NCBI GenBank assembly: GCA_964596715.1
Contig: CAZQVL010000001.1
Coordinates: 37,212 to 101,211 of the forward strand
Direction of reading: 5' to 3'
Source: an uncultured Rikenellaceae bacterium
Lineage (GTDB): Bacteria > Bacteroidota > Bacteroidia > Bacteroidales > VadinHA17
DNA length: 64,000 bases
The position numbers and the translations under genes were made by a program. How positions within the stretch are numbered: the first letter of the stretch is position 1; every line of letters begins with the position of its first letter. Of the stretch, positions 47,286-56,208 are shown piece by piece. The notes under the pieces were generated by a model. That model was not told the origin of the DNA and did no database searches. It saw only the letters and a list, made by a program, of their open reading frames with translations.

Positions 47286-47413
47286 GGGCTGTTGAAAAAG
47301 TCCCTCCTGGTTTTTTCACCCCTAAATCCCCCAAGGGGGACTTATTGATATACTGAATGTTACAACTCCCCCTTTTGGGGTTGGGGGGTAAAGCAAAACT
47401 TTTTCAACAGCCC
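47286..47413. repeat. Element bounded by a perfect 16-bp inverted repeat enclosing C5/G5 mini-hairpins
   Basis: GGGCTGTTGAAAAAGT (47286-47301) is the reverse complement of ACTTTTTCAACAGCCC (47398-47413). Internal mini-hairpins are TCCCCCAAGGGGGA (47327-47340) and CCCCCTTTTGGGG (47368-47380). Confidence 0.55.
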
Positions 47414-47424
47414 CGGAAAGATTT

Positions 47425-49704
47425 TCAGATCTTTCTCAGTTTTGCAAACCTGAGAAGTAGCTTTTTTCTTCCGTTATTTTTAAATTCAACGGTAGCAGTA
47501 ACATTAGGAGGGCGACCTTCAATCGTTAATATTTCTCCGTCGCCGAAACGTTCGTGCTGAACATAATCTCCTTCAGAAAACTCTGAAGGATCACTGCCAT
47601 TAAAAGGCGTAACTGTTACGGATTCAGTACTTCTTATCTTTTTTAATTTTCTGCTATAAGAATAATCAGGCTGTTCTTCGCGGAATGATGTGAATCTGTT
47701 TCCGGCTAAATTCCTTGATGTGAAAGGTTTTCCCCCTGTCTGGGGATAATCCAGAAACTTCTGATCGACCTCACGCAGGAACCTGCTGGGATTGCTTCTT
47801 TCGAGGTTGCCCCATTTGTATCTGTTAAGTGCATAACTCAGAGTAACCATCTCTTTAGCCCGGGTTACAGCTACATAGAACAGACGTCTTTCTTCTTCAA
47901 GCTCACGAGGATTCCCGGATGACATGGGTGAAGGGAAAAGTGTATCCTCCATTCCGGCAATATATACATGTTTGAATTCCAGTCCTTTAGCTGAGTGCAT
48001 TGTCATTATTGTGACTTTATCCCGATCTTCCTCTTTTTCATTATCCTGGTCTGTAAGAAGAGCAACATTAGCCATATATGCTTCGAGAGTAGATGGTTCA
48101 CCATTTGTTTCAGCTGCTTCAGTAAATACTTTTATGGCATTCAGTAACTCTTCGAGATTTTCATACCGGCTTACCTCCTCAGGTGATTTACCCTCTCTCA
48201 ATTCTCTAACAATCCCGGAGCCCATAGCAATTTCTCTTGCTTTTGTAAAAGCATCACTAACATCGGAACCAAGTGCCAGGGTATTCAACAACTCTACGTA
48301 AAGGAATAATTTTCTGACAGTTCCGGTATTAAAATGTCCGGAGTATTTGTCTGCCTCCTGAATTATATTCCAGGGTGTGACATTCAGTCTGGCAGCAAGT
48401 TCAAATATTTTGCTGACGGTTGTATTACCAATTCCTCTTTTGGGGTAATTTATTGTTCTTTTCAGGGCTTCTTCATCTTCATGATTAATGATCATTCTGA
48501 AGTAGGCGAGAATATCTTTTATTTCTTTCCGTTCATAGAAGGATAATCCGCCATAGATCTTGTAAGGTATGTTTTTCCTGCGGAGAGTCTCTTCAAATAT
48601 TCTCGATTGGGCGTTGGTCCTGTATAGTATTGCAAAATCCGACCAGTTATGCTGTAACGAGAATCTCTTGTCGAAAATATCCGATGCGATGTTGAAACCC
48701 TCTTCGGCATCGGTAACAGCCTGCATAACCTGGATTTTTTCACCGGATTCATTCTCTGAAAAAACTTTCTTATGAATCTGACCTTCATTATTGGCTATTA
48801 TTGCGTTTGCGACGTTTACAATTGTCTGCGTTGACCGGTAATTTTGCTCAAGCTTGAAGAGCCGGTAACCGGAGTAGTCGTTTTTGAATTCGAGAATATT
48901 CTCAAGTCTTGCTCCGCGGAAAGAATAGATACTCTGGGCATCATCCCCGACCACACAGACATTATTATGAACCTCTGCAAGTTTATTAATGATCAGGTAT
49001 TGTGAATAGTTCGTATCCTGGTATTCATCCACAAGTATATAGCTGAATTTCTCCTGATATCTGGCCAGCACGTCAGGAAAATCCCTGAAAAGTATGTTTG
49101 TATTCAGTAGCAGATCATCAAAATCCATTGCATTTGCTTTAAAGCATCTTGCAGAATAGTGTTTATAGACCTCAGTCAGCAATGGCATCCGCACCGATCT
49201 GTCATACTCCTGATAAGAGAGATCGGCAGCGTATATACTGGCGGTGATAAGATTATTTTTTACAGTTGAGATTCTTGAAGCTATAAATCCCGGTTTGTAA
49301 ATATTGTCATCAAGATTCAGTTCCCTGATGATGGTGCGTATCAGACTTTTTGAATCGGTTGTATCGTAAATGGTATAATTTGATTTGTATCCCAGTCTGG
49401 ATCCTTCTAATCTGAGGATTTTTGCAAAGATTGAGTGGAAAGTACCCATCCAGAGGTATCTGGCAATTTCGAAACCTGCTATTTTAATGATCCTTTCCTT
49501 CATTTCCCTTGCAGCTTTATTGGTAAAGGTAAGGGCCATTATCCTGGACGCAGGAATACCATTATTAAGGAGATGAGCTATCCGGTAAGTCAGGACTCTT
49601 GTTTTACCGGCGCCAGGGCCCGCTATTACAAGGGCAGGACCCTCGGTGTTAATAACTGCTTGCTGTTGGGCATTATTGAGGTCGTTAAGGTAATTATGAG
49701 TCAT
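47425..49704 (-). CDS. UvrD/PcrA/Rep-family ATP-dependent DNA helicase
   Basis: Walker A AGPGAGKTRVLT, motif II VDEYQDTN, helicase motifs III-VI, and a C-terminal Tudor-like tail (GDYVQHERFGDGEI) are present. The preferred start is ATG at 49704 (MTHNYLNDLN..). Confidence 0.93.
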   Translation of the reverse strand: MTHNYLNDLNNAQQQAVINTEGPALVIAGPGAGKTRVLTYRIAHLLNNGIPASRIMALTFTNKAAREMKERIIKIAGFEIARYLWMGTFHSIFAKILRLEGSRLGYKSNYTIYDTTDSKSLIRTIIRELNLDDNIYKPGFIASRISTVKNNLITASIYAADLSYQEYDRSVRMPLLTEVYKHYSARCFKANAMDFDDLLLNTNILFRDFPDVLARYQEKFSYILVDEYQDTNYSQYLIINKLAEVHNNVCVVGDDAQSIYSFRGARLENILEFKNDYSGYRLFKLEQNYRSTQTIVNVANAIIANNEGQIHKKVFSENESGEKIQVMQAVTDAEEGFNIASDIFDKRFSLQHNWSDFAILYRTNAQSRIFEETLRRKNIPYKIYGGLSFYERKEIKDILAYFRMIINHEDEEALKRTINYPKRGIGNTTVSKIFELAARLNVTPWNIIQEADKYSGHFNTGTVRKLFLYVELLNTLALGSDVSDAFTKAREIAMGSGIVRELREGKSPEEVSRYENLEELLNAIKVFTEAAETNGEPSTLEAYMANVALLTDQDNEKEEDRDKVTIMTMHSAKGLEFKHVYIAGMEDTLFPSPMSSGNPRELEEERRLFYVAVTRAKEMVTLSYALNRYKWGNLERSNPSRFLREVDQKFLDYPQTGGKPFTSRNLAGNRFTSFREEQPDYSYSRKLKKIRSTESVTVTPFNGSDPSEFSEGDYVQHERFGDGEILTIEGRPPNVTATVEFKNNGRKKLLLRFAKLRKI

Positions 49705-49795
49705 GTGTTGTTTAGATTTACAGCGTACAGGGCGAAGCAAATTTAACAATAACAGATTTTATCAAACAGGAAACCGTAATTATTTATTAACAGGT

Positions 49796-49916
49796 AGAGA
49801 CGCGCAATTTGCGCGTCTCTGTAAGGACGGAATTTGTAACCCAGGAGACGCGCAATTTGCGCGTCTCTGTAAGGACGGAATTTGTAACCCAGGAGACGCG
49901 CAATTTGCGCGTCTCT
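49796..49916. repeat. 48-bp tandem repeat (about 2.5 units) carrying three copies of the perfect palindrome GAGACGCGCAA-T-TTGCGCGTCTC
   Basis: The palindromes lie at 49797-49819, 49845-49867 and 49893-49915. The two intervening 25-bp segments are identical (TGTAAGGACGGAATTTGTAACCCAG). The repeat sits between divergent start codons at 49704 (minus strand) and 49946 (plus strand). Confidence 0.9.
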
Positions 49917-49945
49917 ACGTAACATGGTTTTTATTATAATTGCAT

Positions 49946-51223
49946 ATGGTTATACCATGCAGCAGTATAATACGTTATTTTACAAAGAACGAATTGCCTG
50001 TGCGTTTTTTATTTTTTATAGCGGTACTGTTTCAGCCGTTAATTACTTTAGCTCAGCTTACTGCTCCTGATGTGAGTGCAGTAAGATACACATCATACCC
50101 CTCAGCTCCGGGTATTAAGGATCCGGTTTTCATTTACTGTAATTCCACCGGAGTTCAGAAGGGCACACTCAATGCTGTCAGTCCGGGAGGAACAGGTCCA
50201 TTTGATTTTTTATGGTATAAATGGAGCGATGTTACCCGAAGTTTCAGTATATTTCTTAAATCAGAAACCGGAGCGATGAGTTCATCAGCAGAAAACCTTG
50301 AAGAGGGAGGCTACAGAGTTGACATCAGTGACGGCGGAGGTTACAATACCAGCCTTGTTGCATGGATTTTCCTTGACACTCCTTATACTCAGGCATCTCT
50401 TTTGAACCGAACTTGTGATTATGTTGCATTAAGTGGCAAAGTTGCAGTTGACACCTTTTTTTATAATGATCCGTCAAATGGCAATCCGGTACAATTAGCT
50501 AACGGAGTGAGATTCCTCTGGTCGTCCGACCCAGTATCGTCTATACCTTATCCCGACATAGAACTTAATCCACAGACTTTTAATCCTCCCCTTGTTGATG
50601 TTACATACATGCTTGAGGTCACTGACAGTTTTGCCTGTAACAACACATCTTCATTCTTTTATGAGTCGATTCACGTTAAGGCTGATTTCTCAGTTTATCC
50701 TGTACAGGGTGAAGCTCCGCTAGAAGTGACTTTTACAGATAAATCGATAAGAGGTGTTGAGTACAAATGGGAGTTTGGGGATGATACCATTTCAGTATTG
50801 AAGGATCCTGAACCGCATACTTATTATATACCGGGTGAATACACGGTAAAGCTCACTATTGAAAGCGAACTTCACTGTATTAATTCATTGAGATATGATA
50901 AAATTATTGTTGATCCCTCTCTACTTTATATCCCGAATGTGTTTACTCCTGATGGTGACGGTTTGAATGACTATTTTATTGTAGAATCGCAATCATTACG
51001 ATTTATTAATGTTGAAGTTTTCAGTCGAAGCGGACTGAAGGTTTATAGTTTTTATGGACAGGGAGAAAAACTTAAGGGCTGGGAAGGCTGGGATGGAAAT
51101 GTCAATAAATCATCAATTAAAGCGAGTCCGGGTATCTATTTTTATATCATCCGGGCCAGGGGCTGGGATGATGTGGAATATGACAGTAAGGAGTACAGGG
51201 GATTCGTGTATCTATACCGGTAA
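49946..51223 (+). CDS. Secreted protein with PKD-like domain and T9SS type-B C-terminal sorting domain
   Basis: The C-terminal motif IPNVFTPDGDGLNDYF....G.Y.Y is present. A PKD-like block (APLEVTFTDKS..YKWEFGDD..HTY..PGEYTVKLT) and a signal peptide ending LITLAQ are also present. The track start at 49940 is TTG, and ATG lies at 49946. Confidence 0.85.
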   Translation: MVIPCSSIIRYFTKNELPVRFLFFIAVLFQPLITLAQLTAPDVSAVRYTSYPSAPGIKDPVFIYCNSTGVQKGTLNAVSPGGTGPFDFLWYKWSDVTRSFSIFLKSETGAMSSSAENLEEGGYRVDISDGGGYNTSLVAWIFLDTPYTQASLLNRTCDYVALSGKVAVDTFFYNDPSNGNPVQLANGVRFLWSSDPVSSIPYPDIELNPQTFNPPLVDVTYMLEVTDSFACNNTSSFFYESIHVKADFSVYPVQGEAPLEVTFTDKSIRGVEYKWEFGDDTISVLKDPEPHTYYIPGEYTVKLTIESELHCINSLRYDKIIVDPSLLYIPNVFTPDGDGLNDYFIVESQSLRFINVEVFSRSGLKVYSFYGQGEKLKGWEGWDGNVNKSSIKASPGIYFYIIRARGWDDVEYDSKEYRGFVYLYR

Positions 51224-51317
51224 GGGCGCAGCAGTACAGATGCACAGAGATGCAGTAGGCCTGCCATCATTTACACATCGTCTATAATGCATAATACATT
51301 TCTTCGCCGTTACACCT

Positions 51318-52418
51318 TTAAATTGTAATTCTTCTTGTTCTGGCCTCAACTTTCCACTGGTCAGTGACTTTTCCCTCCCTTACAACATACACTGAATCAA
51401 AGCGGTCGACAGTGGGACATATATGCCAAGGGATCCCGTATAATACATCTCCAATATTAAGGTTAACGGATTCGGGAGTCCTGATGACCATGTGTTCTTC
51501 ATTATGATTAATAATAGTATAATTTTCAAGTCCAATTATTTTTATTCTTGGTTGAGGCATTTCCGAAGCAATGGCTTTGGTCCCAAGATCGAGACATAAT
51601 AAGTTTTTGTCTGGTTTGCTTATAATACGCGTCATAAGTATAGCAGAATGTAAGAAGTCCATGTCAGTAAAGGAGCTGCTGTAACCGTAGTCCCATAAAA
51701 TAAGAGTTCCGGGACTTGTTTCAACTCTTCTTCGTCTGGCATGAATCGGGAATGTAGGTGTTCCACCTGCTATAACTTTCAAGTTGGGAATACCTTCATT
51801 TTTAAGTTCTTTTATAAGATCAGTTACCCGGGCATATGACTCGTTGCATAATTTCTGCCGGAGGGAAAAATCCTTTTCATGAATATGACCATCATACACA
51901 TGCAGACCCTCTGCCTTCAGGTTGGGTAAATCAATAATCATCCTGAAAAGCTGTACTGCATTTTTCCCCGGGATTATTCCGGTACGGTCCATTCCGTTAT
52001 TAATATCGATCCAGACGAGGGCTTCAGTACTATTTCTCCGGGCTGCCTCAGATAATTGCTTTGTTACAACCCGGGAGTCAGCAAGGCATGAAATTTTTGT
52101 GTCGCTGAACTCTTGCTGTAGCCTGAAAAACCTTTCTATATTGGGACCGACGGGCTGATATGCCAGAAGAACTTCGGATGCACCGCACCTTGCTACCATC
52201 TCGGCTTCAGAAATAGTGGCGCATTTGAACTTATATATGCCATATTTCATTTGCAACCGAATGATTTCAGGTGTTTTATGTGTTTTTACATGTGGCCTGA
52301 TCCGGTTAACACTACCACAAATTTTAATCATTTTCCGGATGTTCTTTTCAATCCGATCGGGATAGACCAGGAGGGCAGGGGAAAAGACATCGCCCTCATT
52401 ATCAATTTTATACCACAT
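51318..52418 (-). CDS. PLP-dependent D-threonine aldolase / D-serine dehydratase-like enzyme (alanine racemase N-terminal fold)
   Basis: It has the PLP-lysine context RIRPHVKTHKTPE and is 366 aa with a C-terminal beta domain. Confidence 0.78.
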   Translation of the reverse strand: MWYKIDNEGDVFSPALLVYPDRIEKNIRKMIKICGSVNRIRPHVKTHKTPEIIRLQMKYGIYKFKCATISEAEMVARCGASEVLLAYQPVGPNIERFFRLQQEFSDTKISCLADSRVVTKQLSEAARRNSTEALVWIDINNGMDRTGIIPGKNAVQLFRMIIDLPNLKAEGLHVYDGHIHEKDFSLRQKLCNESYARVTDLIKELKNEGIPNLKVIAGGTPTFPIHARRRRVETSPGTLILWDYGYSSSFTDMDFLHSAILMTRIISKPDKNLLCLDLGTKAIASEMPQPRIKIIGLENYTIINHNEEHMVIRTPESVNLNIGDVLYGIPWHICPTVDRFDSVYVVREGKVTDQWKVEARTRRITI

Positions 52419-52433
52419 AATCAGGATTTTGTA

Positions 52434-52802
52434 TCATACAAGCAGAGTGACTCTGAATATTGTTCTGGCCTGTCCTGAAATCTCGACCCTTTTTTCTTTG
52501 AGTGAGATTTTTAAAACACCTGTCCGTTTTGAAACCTGATGCGAAATAAAGTCTGTCCTGTTTGTTTTCATATGCCAGAACGGAGCGAGAGCGCAATGAG
52601 CCGAGCCCGTAACAGGATCTTCATTAATGCCCAGAGAAGGGACGAAGCAACGCACACAAAAGTCAAAATTCATTTCAGTTGCAATATTTTGCATCCATTC
52701 TGTTGTCGTCTCTTCATTGATGATGCAAACCCCGGCAGGATTACCTTTAAAGGGTTCGCTGGTAAACGCATCAACATGGTAAATATTCTTCTTCTCAGCC
52801 AT
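52434..52802 (-). pseudogene. PhzF-family gene with a large in-frame internal deletion (122 aa instead of ~260-300)
   Basis: The N-terminal 46 aa (YHVDAFTSEPFKGNPAGVC....WMQNIATEMNF) join directly to the C-terminal block (R.F.PSLGINEDPVTGSAHCALAPFW....ISGQA). The middle ~150 aa expected for the family are absent. Confidence 0.62.
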
Positions 52803-53085
52803 TTTAAATATGGAATAATTATAAAAGCAATATAAGAATTTTTATTACTATTTAGCAGCTATCAAATAAAAGAGTGAATTATTCCCCCTTCAGGGGGAAC
52901 ACAAGGGGGCAAAACAACCAACAGAAAGATTTCCTTGTTCCTGTAATCCATTCTTTTTGCGTTATCCATTTTCGTTATTCACCGGTATTTTCCCGCATTC
53001 CCCGGGATGTAACCACAATTTAACAAATAAAACTTTGTAAACTAAATAAGTTTTCACATTTTTGCAGGGTTTATTTCGGAAATTA

Positions 53086-53691
53086 ATGGACAACAGGAAC
53101 AGGATAATCACAGAAGCAGCAGGACTATTCAGAATTTATGGAATTAAATCAGTAACGATGGATTCTCTTGCCAATCATCTTGGTATGTCGAAGAGGACTA
53201 TTTATGAGATTTTTGCGAATAAGGATGAATTGTTGGTAGGGGTTTTGAACTGGATGACTGAGAAGCAGAATGATTTAATCAGAAAGGTCCTTAACGAATC
53301 AGAAAATGCAATTGTGGCAATATTCAGGTTACTTGAGTTTAACAGGGATCATTTTCTGAATATGAGTCCTGCTTTTCAGGAAGATATGAAGAGGTTTCAT
53401 CAGGAGGTTCTGGTAAACAAAGCTTTCAAATGTGAAATGCCTGATTATAAAAATAATATTCAGGTTATTGAAAGAGGAATTAAGGAGAAACTTTTCAGGG
53501 ATGATATTAATCCTGATCTGGTTAACCGTTGTCTCTATCAACTAGCAAAATCAGTACTGGACAACGATTCATATCCCATTGAACAGTTTTCAAGGCGTGA
53601 TGTTATAAAGAATGTTTTTATAAATTATCTGAAAGGTATATCCACTTTTAAAGGGATTGAGCTGATTAACAGCCTGGAACCAGATTTTTGA
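53086..53691 (+). CDS. TetR/AcrR-family transcriptional regulator
   Basis: The N-terminal HTH is ITEAAGLFRIYGIKSVTMDSLANHLGMSKRTIYEIF. It lies upstream of an efflux operon. The preferred start is ATG 53086, and the track start at 53062 is TTG. Confidence 0.88.
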   Translation: MDNRNRIITEAAGLFRIYGIKSVTMDSLANHLGMSKRTIYEIFANKDELLVGVLNWMTEKQNDLIRKVLNESENAIVAIFRLLEFNRDHFLNMSPAFQEDMKRFHQEVLVNKAFKCEMPDYKNNIQVIERGIKEKLFRDDINPDLVNRCLYQLAKSVLDNDSYPIEQFSRRDVIKNVFINYLKGISTFKGIELINSLEPDF

Positions 53692-53750
53692 GACATATAA
53701 TAATTAATATTTTATTACAAACAGCAGACTGGAAAAAACATTATACAAAT

Positions 53751-55085
53751 ATGAAAAACAAACAGTTATTTACCACAACACTATTTTTTCTATTGTCAGG
53801 GGGAATAGTTTTTTCACAAACCGGCAGTGAATTAACCCTTTCTCTGAAAGACGCCCAGGAATTTGCAATACAGAATAACAAGAGGATAATTTCAGCCAGG
53901 CTGGAGGTGGAGGCATCAAGAGTGGCAATATGGGAGACTATATCCAATGCACTGCCTCAGATAACTACATCTGGTTCGTTTACCGATAACCTTAAACTTA
54001 TGACCACTCTTTTACCCGGCGAGTTTTTTGGTCAGCCCGGGGAAAAGATACCTGTTACTTTTGGATCTCAGTTTAACTCGAGTGCCAGTGTTCAGGCAAG
54101 CATACTTCTGTTTAACGCTCCTTTGTATCTGGGAATTGAAACCACAAAGCTTGCCAAACAACTGAGTGAACAAAACCTTGAGAAATCAGAACTTGATACC
54201 AAAGAATTGGTGAGTAATGTATATTTTCTTATACTGCTTTCTGAGCGGTCGAGAGAGATAATTGTGAAGAATATTGAAAATCTTAACGAAACTCTTAAAG
54301 CCACTAATGTGATGTATGCAGCCGGTATGGCTGAAAAGACAGATGTGGACCAGATGCAGCAGAATGTAACCATGGTTGAGAACAGCCTCAGTTCACTTGA
54401 CCGCACGATTGAAGTAAATTATAATCTCCTGAGGTTTCAGCTGGGAGTGGCCCCTGACACCAGGATTATACTTACAGAAACTCTCGAAGGCCTTACTGCT
54501 GAAATTAATGTTGAGGCTTTATTATCCCAGGATTTTGATCATACAGAAAATGTGGATTACAAACTTATTGAGGGGCAGGAACAAATGTCGCTGCTTGCAC
54601 TTAAAACACAAAAAGCTTCGGCTCTTCCTACCCTGTCAGGATTTTATAATTATGGCACAAACGGGATGGGTGACAAGATATCTGAGCTGAGATGGTTCCA
54701 GAACTCGATGGCCGGACTGCAGCTTACTCTTCCCATCTTTGCAAGCGGTCAGAGGTATACCCGGATCAGGAAAGCCCAGATTAATCTCGAGAATGCCAGA
54801 AATACAAAAGAAATGGTTGAGGATCAGTTGCTCCTCCACGAAAAACAGCTTCGGTATAACCTTGTAAATGCTAACCTTCAGTACAAAAGTCAGAAAGACA
54901 ATGTTGAAGTATCCATGAGGGTATACACGAATATGGAAAATAAATACAAACAAGGTATGGCCTCAAGCCTTGATCTGACACAGGCAAATTCGCTCTACCT
55001 CCAGGCTGAAAATAATTATGTTTCGGCACTTATGAACCTTCTGCAGACAAAGCTTGCATTAGATAAATTGTTAAATAATATTTAG
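53751..55085 (+). CDS. TolC-family outer-membrane efflux protein
   Basis: It has a signal peptide (..GGIVFSQ) and the duplicated OEP repeat architecture. It is the first gene of an OMP-MFP-RND order typical of Bacteroidota. The preferred start is ATG 53751. Confidence 0.88.
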   Translation: MKNKQLFTTTLFFLLSGGIVFSQTGSELTLSLKDAQEFAIQNNKRIISARLEVEASRVAIWETISNALPQITTSGSFTDNLKLMTTLLPGEFFGQPGEKIPVTFGSQFNSSASVQASILLFNAPLYLGIETTKLAKQLSEQNLEKSELDTKELVSNVYFLILLSERSREIIVKNIENLNETLKATNVMYAAGMAEKTDVDQMQQNVTMVENSLSSLDRTIEVNYNLLRFQLGVAPDTRIILTETLEGLTAEINVEALLSQDFDHTENVDYKLIEGQEQMSLLALKTQKASALPTLSGFYNYGTNGMGDKISELRWFQNSMAGLQLTLPIFASGQRYTRIRKAQINLENARNTKEMVEDQLLLHEKQLRYNLVNANLQYKSQKDNVEVSMRVYTNMENKYKQGMASSLDLTQANSLYLQAENNYVSALMNLLQTKLALDKLLNNI

Positions 55086-55118
55086 ATGATTTAATAAGTA
55101 ACCTTCAAAATAAATATA

Positions 55119-56183
55119 ATGAATCACATTAAAAGAATTTTGACAGTATTTATCACCATGATCATTCTGTCAGGCTGCACATCGAATAAAAACACAGCAA
55201 CCGATAATAACCAGGCGTCTGCAGAGGAGGCTGATACTGCCACAATCTATGTAAAAGTGACAACTCTGGCAAAAACAAAAATTGCCAGAACCATTGATTA
55301 TACTGCGACTATTCTGCCTTTTGAGGAGGTTAATATGGCTCCCTCAACTCCGGGCAGGATTGACAGGATATATGTTGAAGTCAGTGACCGGGTTAACAGG
55401 GGAGATGAACTTTTCCTTATGGACCGGACTCAACTTTATCAGCTTAAACTGCAACTTAGTAATCTTGAAAAGGATCTCAGCAGGCTGGATACTCTTTTAA
55501 AAACAGGTGCTGTTAAGCAACAGGATTATGACCAGATGAAAACACAATATGATGTTTTAAAGACAAATGTCGATTTCATGGAAGAGAATACCCTCCTTAA
55601 AGCTCCATTTTCAGGGGTTATTACCGGAAAATATTTTGAGGACGGCGAGATGTATTCCGGCACACCAACTACTACAACCGGAAGATCTGCAGTGGTAACT
55701 CTTATGCAGGTAAATCCATTAAAGGTGAATGTTAGTATATCCGAACAATACTATCCTTTGTTAAAAAGAGGAATGAAAGCTACAATAACGGCTGATGTAT
55801 ATCAGGATGAGGTCTTTACCGGAACAGTGATTCTTGTAGCCCCAACCGTGAATGCAACAACGCGTTCTTTTAATGTTGAGCTTGAACTTGCGAACAGAAA
55901 TAATCTCTTAAAACCAGGTATGTTTGTAAGAGTTTCAATGTATTTGGGTGAAGTTGAGACATATGTTGTTCCTGCCAATACCGTGCTGATGCAGGAGGGA
56001 ACAAATATCAGGTATGTTTTTGTAGCAAGCGGCGGAGTAGCCAGAAGAGTGGAGGTGTTAATCGGTAAAAGGTTTGATGATAATCTTGAAATCATTTCGG
56101 AAAATTTGAAAGAGGGTGACCTTGTCATCACTGAGGGCCAGTCGGGGCTGATAAGCGAAGATAAAATTGAAATAGTACAATAA
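55119..56183 (+). CDS. Efflux RND periplasmic adaptor (membrane fusion protein)
   Basis: It has a lipoprotein signal (LSGC) and biotinyl-lipoyl-like, hairpin and beta-barrel segments (APFSGVITGKY..., LKPGMFVRV). Confidence 0.9.
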   Translation: MNHIKRILTVFITMIILSGCTSNKNTATDNNQASAEEADTATIYVKVTTLAKTKIARTIDYTATILPFEEVNMAPSTPGRIDRIYVEVSDRVNRGDELFLMDRTQLYQLKLQLSNLEKDLSRLDTLLKTGAVKQQDYDQMKTQYDVLKTNVDFMEENTLLKAPFSGVITGKYFEDGEMYSGTPTTTTGRSAVVTLMQVNPLKVNVSISEQYYPLLKRGMKATITADVYQDEVFTGTVILVAPTVNATTRSFNVELELANRNNLLKPGMFVRVSMYLGEVETYVVPANTVLMQEGTNIRYVFVASGGVARRVEVLIGKRFDDNLEIISENLKEGDLVITEGQSGLISEDKIEIVQ

Positions 56184-56208
56184 TCGTTGGAATCTCAAAA
56201 ATATAAAA

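Noticed and set aside
49796-49916. The regularly spaced palindromic repeats could be a mini CRISPR array.
   Set aside because: There are only three repeats. The two 'spacers' are identical to each other, so this is a plain 48-bp tandem repeat. No cas genes or leader are present in the window.
49703-49939. Track ORFs across the repeat (78 aa on the plus strand, 60 aa on the minus strand) with reiterated GDAQFARLCKDGICNP / RDAQIARLLGYKFRPY peptides.
   Set aside because: The periodic peptide simply reflects translation of the tandem DNA repeat on both strands. There is no independent coding signal, and both ORFs lie in a divergent promoter.
53028-53053. An inverted repeat AAAACTT-N12-AAGTTTT upstream of the TetR gene, as a possible TetR operator.
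   Set aside because: The arms are 7 bp and purely A/T-rich in AT-rich DNA, so this is easily a chance occurrence. It is plausible but not supportable without comparative data.
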